Source: Selaginella moellendorffii | Lineage: Eukaryota > Plantae > Lycopodiophyta | Assembly (NCBI RefSeq): GCF_000143415.4 | Contig: NW_003314346.1 | Span: 315,270 to 379,269, forward strand | DNA length: 64,000 nucleotides | Direction of reading: 5' to 3' | Shown here: piece after piece, positions 1 through 11,815 of the stretch | Position numbering within the stretch: the first letter of the stretch is position 1 | Layout: each line of letters opens with the position of its first letter | Translations under genes and position numbers: made by a program | Notes under the pieces: generated by a model | What the model was told of the DNA's origin: nothing | Databases searched by the model: none | Seen by the model: the letters and a program-made list of their open reading frames with translations, nothing else

Positions 1-174
1 ACCTAAGAGAAGGACCATGGTGACCAGATGGTGGCCTAAGTATGATCGCGGACGATCATTCTCTGACGAGGGGGAGGATTGTTAGGCACCAGGTCAGGAT
101 AATAGGACAAGGAAAGGGCCCTGCAATCAAATGATCACCCCTTTAGCCAGTTGGCTTAGGGTGTAAGGGATAGG
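1..174 (+). mobile_element. TRIM fragment (internal region, PPT and 3' LTR), LTR interrupted by the Sola-like element
   Basis: PPT GAGGGGGAGGAT is followed by TGTTAGGCACCAGG... This is the reverse complement of the TRIM at 43915-44308. The LTR stops 9 bp short of its end (…GGGATAGG|ATCTTAACA) exactly where the Sola TIR begins. Confidence 0.85.
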
Positions 175-863
175 AAGCTCTATTTCGTTAAAGTGGGATT
201 TATTCAGTAAAATGGGACTAGGTACAAATTTTCAAGTATTTGAAAATGACGTGAAATTATATGTTTTTTGTCTAGGGGCTAGACATATCTGGGGCATGGT
301 GACTAGCGCGGTGACTTTGTGTCCAGACTGAGTCCATCTGGTTGTATAATAAATCTCATTGTCAAGGTGAACAAGCCGAATCTGAAGCTAAAGAAGAGCG
401 ATGGCATGCGCGCACACACTATTTGTTTGTTCATTGAGCGTGTGGTGAGCTTTCCAAGATGAACGTCATTCCTATTAGCTAGACATATAACTTAATGGTG
501 AGAACATTTAGATATTATTCAATGTTATCTTTTTCTAACGAATCTAATTGTGAAGGTGTAGCAAGAGGCATTGCTAGTCTGGAGAAGTCATTTAACTCAT
601 TTGACCCTTAGTGTATTCTCATGAAACTAAATAACATTCATATTATTAAGGAATTTCTCTAGTACCTTTTTTTTACAACATAGAGGCTTGCATTTCTTTC
701 AAAGGTGATTTAGTAAAAGGCCTGAGGGCACATGCCATTCTATTTCTCAGACCGGTATTAAGATATACTAGTGCAAAGGGCCACATGCCATCACGCCTCC
801 TCTGATTCAGATTCAGATTGTTCACCTTGAAATAAAATACATTAGAAACTTAGTAAAGGAATA

Positions 864-3800
864 TTAATGAATCTCACCTTGAACCCGGATTATAAATGCT
901 CTTGCTGCATCTCTTGCATGGTCTGGCAAGGTGATGGTGGCACTTTGCTTCCGCATCCAACCATGCACAACATTATCCACCGATATGCTCATGCTGGGAT
1001 CCCTTGGATTCAGCACCCATCTCTTTTCTAGGCAATCCTTCGTATATCCAGAACTTGGCTTGAACCACTCCACAGTTACATTGAAGGAGTTAGTTTCCGC
1101 GTCCTCCTCTGCATCAGTGATGCAGCGCCCCACCCATATCATTTGTTTTTTATTACTGGGTCTGACAAGCACGACCATTCCTTTGCAGACCTGTACTGGA
1201 TTGAATGCTGAATCCGGCTTCTTGTTCCTCGGCCCACAATAGTGATCCTCAACATTGTTATCTGTCACTGCATTTCCAGAGGACATTGTTCCGCTACTAT
1301 CTGGTGCTCTGGGTTCTGGCCAAAAGGACTCTTCCAATTCTTCATATACAACCGGCCCATTTTGGATAGCAGATATAATCTTCTCACAGTATTCGAGCAA
1401 AGGCTTGCACCTCTTAAAATAGGATTCTCCACCAAACACCAACCCCCTCTTCCAGAAGGCAATATGCTGTCTAATCCCGGCCACTATACTTTCTTGGTCT
1501 TTGAGTCCATCCGGGTGCATCGGCCATGGGGAACCCTGAGGAATCATAGGTTCCCCAGTTATGGGATCTCTCTTGAAGAGTTCAATGCCATCCACTGGCA
1601 GCCACACTGTGTCCCATTCTCTCATCTTGTACCTCATCACTGGAGCACCGTCACGCATGCTGAAATGAAACTGAAGAGGCTTGGAGTGGCCAATCAGCGT
1701 TTCGGATCCGTCCCTGATGTAGCCTCTTACAAACCCCTTAAAGTCTGGAACCTCTGTCACAAGTGCAGCTTCAACAGTGCCTTTGATGCAATTTTGGAAT
1801 TCATCGTAGAGTTGTGGGAGGGTGAGGACATTGGATCGCCGGAGGGACTCTGCCAGGTGACTAAACATGGCATCGACGTCTTCATGAGTGTGCCCAACCA
1901 TGAGAAAGCCAAGTGTAACCGTTTCAAATATGCCTTTGGCAACAAGCATCGCCAAGTACACGAAGACGTACATGTTTTTGTTCTCACTGCCAGCATTGTC
2001 TGTTTAGAGCAGAAGATGGGGTGGAAGGCCACATCGGCCGCAAGAACTTCCTTGAGATTCTGCTTTGTTTGGATGAGGCTGTGCATTCACCGGGCGACCA
2101 GCCTCGTTGGAATGGCATGAGGCCTCACGTGATAACCCTACAACCTGACGGCCAACATATTCACTGGGATGGCATGGGGCCCCACGCGATACTGCAAGCC
2201 TTTGCTCCTCCTCCAGCTGAACCCTGTATGGGGTTCGATCGACAAGGGCCTTATGCAAGGGTTGGCTGTTCAGCTCAGTCTGCGCACTTTGCAGAGACCT
2301 CAAGTGTTTTGCTAGGGACGCAATCATCATGTTTGCACCCCCGCCACCCCATAGAGGTACAAAGAAGTTCCCATAGTTCTGGGCACCATGCCCATGAGCG
2401 ATTATGCCAAACAGAGACACAGGCAGCTCCATGGATGAAGAGATTGCCTTGGGGGCAGGATTGAGTCGAGGTAAGCACGTCTTTTTCTGGTCCATTTTGT
2501 CGTGGATGATGCAGAGGTAAGAGTCAGGTCTCTCCATGGAGAGAATCCTGTTATGATAATATGCAGTCCTGCAGCTTCTCTGCTCGATGTTGTGGTCGAG
2601 CCGCCTTCTAACCAACGTCTCTCGCTCTTGAGCGCTGCAAGAATTCTTCGACAAAGCCATTTTGATAGCAGTGCACTCGTCACACTTTGAAAAGCTGGAG
2701 TACTTTCCTATACTCACATCCCTGAACCTGTTGCTCCACAATCTACTAAATCTAGATTGGCTCAGCTTCCTGTAGCCATTACTCTGGAGTTCCCGATTCA
2801 CATCTTCCAATATGGCCCCCTTGGTATACATGGAAGGGAGAACTCGTTGGGTGTCTCGTGTTCCATCTTCCAAGAGGCGGGTTTTATGTGGTTGCTGCTC
2901 GCTACATGTCTCGACAAACCTCTTGAAGATTGCCTCTCCATATACAACATGACCCCTAGTTTTGTGCATACCGTCGTTCCCATGGACTGCCTGTTGAACC
3001 CTTTGTTCCTCGAACTCAGTTTTGATTCTGTAGAATGTGGTTCGAGGGACTCCATAAATGATTCTCCATGCCTTCATGCAGACCAAACCCGTTTGGAAGA
3101 CCATGCCCCCCACCTGATGTTCTGAAGCATCAACAGATGACCGTAATGCCTCATACACAAAATTGCGAGCTACCTTCCAGGACAATGTCTTGTATCTTGC
3201 TCTCTCCTCTTCAATAGCATCCCAATCAGCATGTTGACAGCACCTCCTCTTGCAACAAGCAACTGTCGAGACCATTCGAACCTCCATCGCCATTTTCTGC
3301 CTTTTCGGTTCGTTGCTCAGATCCCTTTGGCTACGCTGTAGGAAGGTGTACTTTCTTTTCCTATGAAGAGATGTTTTGTCATCAGTTGTAGTGGTGTTTG
3401 ATTGTGAATCCTTCACATTCTCAAACACTAAATGCCTCAATTTCCACCGCACAATGCTTCCAATAGTCAGACTGTTTTCTTCTGTGTCAACAACCTCTAA
3501 AATCGCAACTCCAATATCATCCCAGCCCAATTCTTGATTAGCAACCGCATCTCTTGGATCGACAACTGTGGCTAAGCCCTCAGCTACCACCTCCCCCTCG
3601 GGGTTGTTTAGAAACACCTTTGCCTGAATCCATGTAGCACGGTTCTTAAGATCCACAGAGGGAACATGCGTCGCACTTGTGCTGTCCCCAACATCTGCTT
3701 TCTTCTGCAGATTTTTCAAGGCAACAACAACATTTACCCCGACGACCATCTTTCCTCGTTCAATAGCAACCACATTCCCATCGAAGACAGTCTCTACTGA

Positions 3801-3932
3801 TACAGCAGCATTGCCTTCCCCAAGCCTTTGACAGTGTATAACAAAGTTCCAATCCATAGACACAAGGGTCCCTTTTGCAACTCTCTTCCCACCATTCAAA
3901 ATGTAAACCTTTTCCCCAACCCTGAAGGCCAT
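864..3932 (-). pseudogene. Sola2-type DDD transposase (1022 aa when repaired), one premature stop at 2004-2006
   Basis: Motifs IIHDKMDQ, (Q)TDNAGSENKN and FLMVGHTHEDVDAMFS are typical of Sola2, plus CCKRRC and CDEC cysteine motifs. The TAA at 2004-2006 is CAA in copy 2 (59090-59092), which joins the two ORFs in one frame. Confidence 0.85.
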
Positions 3933-4288
3933 TCTGAAAGTGCAGAAAAGAAGTTAAGACCATACAAAAAATGATTGGAGAATGGCCTAAATCATAACAT
4001 ACCAAATAGCATGAGGCCACATGCCATTATTCAAACATGCTATTGACACCCATGTGAAATTTCGCATTCACAAAATTGGCATGAGGCCTCATGCCATCTT
4101 GATATACACACAGCTACAGGCAAGTAAAAACATACATGACAATACGCTAGCCATGAAATTGCAAGGGCCCAAGATGGCATGTGGCCTCATGCCATTTCTA
4201 AATGTGGTCCTAAACCATTCCATGGTGAACATACCAGGAAGCACAAGTGCCGAATATCAAGAGGAAGCGGTAGCCACACCAAAGACAG

Positions 4289-4420
4289 TGCCGCTCGCAA
4301 CACCGCAACTACTCGTAGCGCCGCTCGCAACACCGCAACTGCTCGTAGCGCCGCTCGCACAAACTGCCACTCGCATAAACTACCGCTCGCAATGGCGCTC
4401 GCAATGCCGCAACCGCTTGT
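4289..4420. repeat. CpG-rich ~30-bp tandem repeat (GCCGCTCGCAACACCGCAACTRCTCGTAGC) in the presumed transposase 5' leader
   Basis: Two full units plus partial units are visible directly; mirrored at ~56465-56595. Confidence 0.75.
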
Positions 4421-5218
4421 AGACGCATAAACCACAGCTCACAACGCCGCTTACACAAGCAGCGCTCACTGCGCTCAGCGGAACCAAGAACACGGCGCAC
4501 AAAAATGATAGACCTAGGAATGAGTTCGAGAATTCAAAAATAACACACGCTTGAACGTCACATCAAATCCTCTGACAAACCAGATCTTATGATTCCTCTG
4601 ACAAATTTCAAACTGAGTAGCTTCTAGACTTTGCTGTCGGAGGTTGAACTTTGTCACATCATGTCCTTGCCTCGATCCAGCTGTGCCATGTCAGTGATTC
4701 GAACTTTGCCATGCCATGTCAGCGATCCGCACCAAGATTATTCGCCGTGTAAAGGAATAATTATGCTGTGTGTGTACGTCCATTTATGGCAATATAAAGC
4801 CACACGCCATTCAAAGAATAATGCTAGTCGAGCATTTTTTGGTGCATTTTTGGGTTCAAAATTGCATGAGCCCACACGCTATAAATTTTACCTGTACCAA
4901 AAATAGAAACAGCTTTATTTACTTGGGAATTTAAGTGGTTGAGGCATTTTTAAACTTACAAACACATGCCCTACTTACATTCATTTGGTTGCTTAAAATT
5001 CAAAAATATTATAAACCTTTCTTTTTGCATTTTCAATGTTTTCAATTATGGTTTTTGATTTTCGCAGGACCAGCCTAGTAATCTATTTGCATCCCGTCAT
5101 GTTTATAGCTAGCTTTCGTTTGTCCCCTTCGCTAGCCTGAGATACATTTGCTCGGCATCTGCCTCTTACAGCATTTGCCCAGAAACGGCATCTTTCTTTA
5201 TGCAGCATTTGCCACATA

Positions 5219-5243
5219 TTTAGGGTTAGGGTTTAGGGTTTAG
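5219..5243. promoter_or_regulatory. Telomere-type TTTAGGG repeats (telo-box) in the divergent intergenic region
   Basis: TTTAGGGTTAGGGTTTAGGGTTTAG here; copy 2 has one more unit at 55631-55662. Confidence 0.65.
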
Positions 5244-6471
5244 CAATTCAGTAGCTTGATAAACATGCAAATATAGAACTTGATGCAAAATCCTTTGATA
5301 TGTCACAATGCCCCTAGGACCATAAACACATTTCAATAGAGAGGGTCCTTTCATTTCATAACTCCTTATGTAGATCTTGGTGAAACCAGAGTTAGTGAAG
5401 TTGGTTTCTTGTGATCCCGCATCTGATTGTGATGTCCCTTTGCAGTGTCGATGGAAAGGTCAATGCACACCAAACTGTAGAATCTTGGAGCAAAATAACG
5501 GTCGGATCTATGGCAAATGCCTCTGAAACATTGTAAGGCTCGTGTGGTCTCATGTGGTGTCCGATCGAGATGCTTCTTTGCAGGGTCATCAAGAAGGACA
5601 TTGTATACCATTCTGTAAAATCTAGTTGCGATCTAACGGTTGGATCTCCAGGAAACTCAAAACAATCTCGCACATGTTAGAATATTCTAGGAATATACTC
5701 TTATGTGCTCCTGAAAATGGCATGCGGCCCCATGCCATTCAAGAGATAATGCCAGATGACGCCGAGCATTTTTTGGTGCATTTTTTGGGATCAAAATTGC
5801 ATGAGCCCACACGCTTGAACGTCACATCAAATCCTTTGACAATTTATTTAGCTGAACATCTGGCATTTTTGGAAATACAAGATGCTTTGGAATATCCAAT
5901 CATGCATGGTATAAATATAGCGAGGGTATTAAATGATATCCCAATCATGATCTTTCTTTTGGATTTCGCGTGCATGCAGTCCGAGGAATGATGACGTTGC
6001 GAATTTCTTTTGGATTTCACGCATGCGCGCGCCGATCCAGAAATTAATGGTGCCGCCCAAGTCCGAGGAATGATGATGTGGCGGGATTATCAACCGTCGT
6101 GACATTTCGCGCGTGTGAGGTTAGGTTTTGCATTTTGCTTCGTACTCGCGCTCGCATCGCGCTCCCACTCGCGCTCCCACTTCTCTACAGGTTTCTCGTG
6201 TGCATCGGCGTCCACTCGCGCTTGCATCACACTCGCGCTCGCATCGCGCTCGTGTGCATCGGCATCCACTTCAAGACACACCCAGTTTGTAACTTCGCCG
6301 CCAACTCCGCCGCCCACTCCGCCACCCACACGCAGCCCACTTGGCGTCCCGGGAGATTTCAGCGCCACTCTCCAACTGTAAGTGGCAGAGTAGCCTTGTT
6401 GCTACGATCCACTGCACACACAGTGGACATTCGCCAGCGAGTCCGGTTGTCACGCCTCCATTCGGCTTCAA

Positions 6472-9400
6472 ATGGTAAGTCTTTTAGGCCAAGTAGAAAA
6501 TGGCAAATGGATGCAGAGAAAGGGGAGGAGCTCACCAGTTGGACTTTCGGGATGGAAGGCGAGGATCTGAGGCTGTACAACACAGATGGTGGGAGAAAAG
6601 AATGCATGGGGATCCTCATCCAAGTGACAGACACTCCATGCAGTTCCATGCAAGAATATGGACTGGCACTTGTGGTAGAGACAGCGTCTGCCTTCAAGAT
6701 CCACCTTGCACATCCTAGCGGCTTCCCGGAGGGGGGCAGCAGCTATGAGGAATTCCTAGAGGGAGCTAGGGAGAGGTTGTCCAGGAGGCCCACAATTTCA
6801 AAGACGCTGCGGGTCTATGAAGATCACATGGAATCCACGGACCTCACCTACGGCGATGTTCAAAAACTATATTCCAACATTGAGCCGTTGAGAGTGCCTC
6901 CAGTTCGCGAAGCGAAGGGGAAGGGGGTCGATCTGAAAACTACCCCGAAGCAGAAAAGGGTGGTCAAGCTCAAGCCGACGTCCGACTCTCCTGCTCCAAA
7001 AAAGAAGCTACTTGGTGATGCCATTGCCTCGGGTTCGAACACTACACCCACCAAAAAGAAGAGCCGCAAAGAGCAGAAAGAGCAAGAAGAGGCAGCAAAA
7101 ATTGTCGCAGATAATAGTACTTGTTACTATTCCAACAAAGTATATACAATCGATGTGAGCCGTATCGACATCCAAAGCAAATACAACCACAGGCTAGTAT
7201 CTGATGAGTGGGTGGAGAAACTGAAGCAGAAGATGCTGGCAAGTCCAGTAACACCCGACATCGCAGACGTGATCCCCTACTACCGAACAATGAAGGGCGC
7301 GACGAGGTTTCCAGACTTGATCAATAGGAAGGTGTTGGACGATCAGAACATCCGGTTCTATGCCGTCTCTGGGCAGCATTTTAGCTTGGCAATGCAAGAG
7401 ATAGTTGTGGATATTATGGTGGGCGAGGAGGTGAAGAAATTCTTCAAGACAAGAGTTGTCTGCCTGATAAAAGGCAACTCGCCCCTCCGATCTATCATAT
7501 ACATCTCCCACACGCAGAATGTCAAGCAAGAAACATGCTACAAATCGGGTCTGCACAAGACATTGGCACGAACACGGAAGCTCTGGGTTCAACTGAAGAA
7601 GCCACAAAAACCAAAACAAGGACGTGCACTAGCAACTAGTGCCTGGCAGGTAAGCCTCGTTGCATGTGGCATAGCATGTGGCCTCACGCCATTTCCATTG
7701 CAGGAATTCTCGAGTCTTCTCTCGAAAACACTGGGGGTTAATGACACTCTCAGCATCCATAATATTTCTACTCGCGACAAAAGTTGTTTTTGACAAATGG
7801 GTAGATGTGCTGAGGAGGTACCATGACGGGGAGTTGCCAAACTCAATGGGTGTGGAGGACGGCCGGAAGCCCAATGATTTGAAGCTCAACGCCTTGCGTT
7901 TCTCGTGGTCTCTAGACGACGACGACCTTCTGACAGTGGCTAATGCTCTTCTACGTGGTGAGGTAGTCTTCAACAAGACCAAAATGACTCCCGGCCATAT
8001 TGTGACATACGAGGACTTGTGCACGACTCTGACAGCTCGTGCACTATTGAAGGATTGGATCTTCGAGCAAGTGGCCCTGGAGAGGGTGAGCATCGACACC
8101 ACGCAAGAGATGATGGAAGTGCTGGAGTTGTCAAATGAAGACATCGACGAGTACGTGAAGGGGGCCCCCAAGTTCATCGATCTACTGCGGGATGCCACGA
8201 AAAGTAAAGCTGAGAAGTTGGATCAGTATCCAAATTTCATTAAGATTGATGTCGACCACCGGCTTCAGAAACAGCTCGACCCCGCAGCAGAGGCCTATCG
8301 AGAACCTTACCGGGTATACTTAAATTTGGATGAGGATCAAAGGTGGAGGAGCATCGTTTCCCGCGGAGATGAGCAGGTCAAGAACATCTTTTGTGTGATG
8401 GACTTCACAAACGAGGAGATCACTCATGCAGACGAAGTCAGCTCCATCATTGACTTAATGGTGGGACTTGCGGAGGTGGAATCTTCAGTCCACTATATGA
8501 TCTACGACTCCGAATCCTATCACAAGTTCTGGAAGGCCTTGAACGAGGTGAAGGCTCGGTTGAAAGGCAAGGAGATGCGGGAGATCCATGGGATAATGGT
8601 TAAGAAGAAGATACCGACGAATGTCCGCATCTTCACACTCGCCCTTGTTATTGGTCCTGCAGCAGAGTGGGACTGGAGTGACTTCCCAGCTTCGTTCGAC
8701 AAGGCCAATCGAATTGATCTGAGGAAGGTCAATTTACCCGTGCCTGAGGAACTGAAGACGGCTATGGAGCTTTCGAATCCAAAGAAAGCTCCAGGTGTAG
8801 CATGGGAAATGCTCAGCTAGGTCTTCAACGCAATAGCGGGTGGGTCACCTGCTTCCGACTCCAAGGGCAAATGTGTTGTCGAGTACAACTGCGGCGGACT
8901 ATTCTTTCGAGCCGCACTACTCAAGGGTGTCCCGTGTGTTGCGGTGACAAACTCCATTGAAGAGGTGACTTCAATGGAGCATATAATTACAGTTGCCAAA
9001 GAAAAACAGTATCTTCTCTGCGAACCTGGTGAGTACACACTTTAAGTTTAAATGTTATCTCACAAGCTCTGTATGCAGGAGCGTGGCCACCCCCAGATGC
9101 TGAAACGGCGTTAACAGCTACTGTTGAAGATACCCATGTTGGGCCGAGCTCACAACCTGCACAAGGTAAAGTCACGTGAGGCCTCACGCCATTTTGATTA
9201 TAGATCGTTGTGAATATTCAGACACGAGGACTGAAAAGCGCACTGGTGGCGCATCGAAGAAGGACAAACAGACAAGCAATAGGAAAAAAGGAGGTACAAA
9301 TTATATTTGCAATGGCGTGTGGTCTCATGCCATTCCTTGCAGGAGACACTTCTTCAAAGGCAAAACAGGCAAGCACCAGCCAAGCTCAAACTGACAGTAG

Positions 9401-11815
9401 TCATAAAAAGCGAAAGCACGTTGGACAGTCATCGAGATCAGAGGCGTTTGATTCAAAAAGGAAGAAGGGCAACAAAAAGATGATAGGTAATGCCTCGCGG
9501 TTATGGCGTGTGTGCTCATGCCATTCATTGCAGATCAAGGGCTGAGTGAAAGCAGGCAGTCACCACCTCCTGACTCAGATTCCTATGGCGGACTCCCCTT
9601 CCCCAATCTCAATGGAGAGGTACAATAGATGAGGGAAGCTTTTCAAGTCAGGGCCACGTTTTTCTCATCTCGTCGTCTTCGAAGGGTGCAAGAACGTGTA
9701 GAAACCATGTTAAGACAGTCGGGTGAGGATACGGTCCTAGGTCACGCACTAAAACAGGCTATGGATGTCTTGTATTTTGAGATGGAGACTCGGCCAGATG
9801 ATTTTCCCAAGATGGTCCTGGAAGAACAAGCCATCCAGCCTGAGCAGCCTATGGAAGAAATGCAGGAGGGGGATGAGGAGCCAGAGAAAGATAATGAGCA
9901 GGAAGAGCAGAAGGACGAAGAGGAGGACAAAGAAGAGGAGGACGAAGAGGACTTGGATGGTCCTCACAATGGTGACGATTACAATAACGACGACGACAAT
10001 GATGACGACGATGGCTAGCCTGAGGTGGCCAAAGAGCAGCAGAGGAAGGTCATACAAGACAAACCATCAGGTAAATAATAGTACATCCATTCCTAACCTT
10101 TTACCATTTCTAACATTGTCCATATAGGTCGCAGAGCAAATGGTCAGTAGAGATTATTCAGTTGAATTTACAAACTCTAGCCTTTAGTGTCGAGGAAGGA
10201 TAGTGCCAAGCAAGGGTCGAAACGTATGTCCAATCCTTCAGAATCAGCAGTGCGCCCAAGTGATATCGGTCCTAGTTCCTCAATAGCAGTTGATGGTAAA
10301 TACAGTATAGTGGATTCAATGTGCTAATGAGTTTGTTTTTAGTAGCACGGGAGGATACCATCTCAATCGAAGGGAGATATTTGGACATGCATATGGATCC
10401 GCCAGTGGACTCTACTTGCCTGCAAGAGTCATCAGAGCTGGTGGAGGCTACTATCCATATCAACGCCAAGCAAGCTGACCATGCTCCACTTGATGCTACC
10501 CATACCACTGAGTCAATCTTGTCCACGTATCCAACTGACGGTGACCAGGCGCCATTGGACCCACATGAGGCCGCCCCAGCCGCCGAGCCGGTCGTATCCT
10601 CATTTCTAACGGACTCAACGTGTGCCCAATCGTCTGACTACGCGCCGTTGGAACCTCCGTACACCGCCCCTGCTGCCTGTTCGGTCATGTCCACTTTGCC
10701 AACGGAGGCACCAGCTGAAATGGCGTGTGATCACACGCCATCGGAACCACCCCATGCCACTGTTGAGCCAGTTGTACTAGAGTCTACAGCTGAAATGGCA
10801 TGTGCCCACACGCCATCGGATGCGATTGACCCCACATTGCAGATGAGAGTATTTCCGCCCTTCACGTTTCCTCGATCAAAACCCTCTCAACGACCATCGG
10901 GAGCACCATTCGCTAATATTGTAGATGGTAAAATTGACTTGTACCATTTTTTATGCTGACGCATTTCATTTCAGAGTCACAGCGAAGGTACTGTATCATT
11001 TTTGATCTGAACGGTGTCCTTTTCTCCCATGAGCGTGTCTCGTCCTCGAATGTCATTGCACCCTCCAAAGCCTGCGGTCGCAAGTTGGTCAAAAGAGACA
11101 GATTCACATTAATCACACGGGAGAAACTGCGGGATCTAATAATGACCATGCGACACTTAAAACAGAGGGCCGGGTTCAATTTGCAATTGGGAGTTTGGAC
11201 ATCCATGATGCGCCACAATGCATTAACGTTGCTACAGATGATGCACGATCAGACGCGAGTAATATTACCATTTGACTTTCTCCTAACGCAAGAGGATTGC
11301 TTGACTATGGTCCATGTGAGGGGTAGCAAGCCCATCTTCGTCAAGCCAGAGGCTGTAGTGATGAACCGGACTGCTAGGTCAAGTGAAATCCTCATCATCG
11401 ATGACTCGCCAATTAAAACTGCAGCGAACACGCACACATATGCAGTGCACCCCATCTCTTGCAGTATGGAAACTAGGGAGAAGAAATCGTATGTTCTAGG
11501 GACCTTGCAAAACGGCTTGGAGCGATGGTGATAGAGAACCGGCCAGTCCAGGAGGTGGCTGCAGAAATCAACCAAATGGCAGATGGAACGGTATATCAGA
11601 AGCCATTTGATCGGACAAACACCAGTCATCATTTATGGCATGTATATTGTCTAGCCAAGCACTATCCGCATCTCCATAATCTGCTCAACCGGATGGGTTC
11701 TTCGACCACTGAACATGAGCGTGGACGTATTAGAGAAGAGATGGCATTACTATTGGGTTTAAATCCTGATAGTGTGGAGAGTGATGAAATTCCAAGATTA
11801 TTGTATAGGCGTTAG
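6472..11815 (+). pseudogene. Multi-exon transposon cargo gene: ParB/Srx-like N-terminal domain, degenerate amino-MTase-like domain, K-rich/acidic linker, FCP1/NIF HAD-like domain
   Basis: ATG|GTAAGT at 6472. Short GT-AG introns at 7650-7703, 9029-9078, 9166-9220, 9294-9342, 9487-9533, 10071-10128 and 10928-10974. ParB-like: NHRLVSDEWVEKLKQKM…FYAVSGQHFSLAM…ISHTQN. MTase motif-I-like: GKCVVEYNCGGLFFRAALLKGVPCVAV. NIF-like: IIFDLNGVL…GVWTSM…ILIIDDSPIK. Lesions: intron-1 deletion, frameshift at ~7778, stops at 8818 and 10016, frameshift at ~11525. Confidence 0.6.
10975..11815 (+). CDS. FCP1/NIF-like HAD phosphatase domain exon (DLNG variant), frameshifted near 11525
   Basis: Motifs YCIIFDLNGVLF, GVWTSM, QEDC, KPIFVK and ILIIDDSPIKTAAN appear in the order expected for NIF-family domains. 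Splice acceptor TTTCAG at 10974. Confidence 0.75.

Noticed and set aside
1242-2120. Antisense 292-aa ORF conserved in both copies
   Set aside because: Shadow of the transposase; conservation reflects near-identity of the copies and no motifs were recognised.
5219-5243. Chromosome end or telomere healing site
   Set aside because: Only 3-4 units, present at the same internal position in both element copies.
6078-6471. N-terminal 130 aa of ORF 6078-7793
   Set aside because: GTG-start read-through of the repetitive leader. Copy 2 supports ATG 6472 plus an intron, and the long frame exists only because of the copy-1 deletion.
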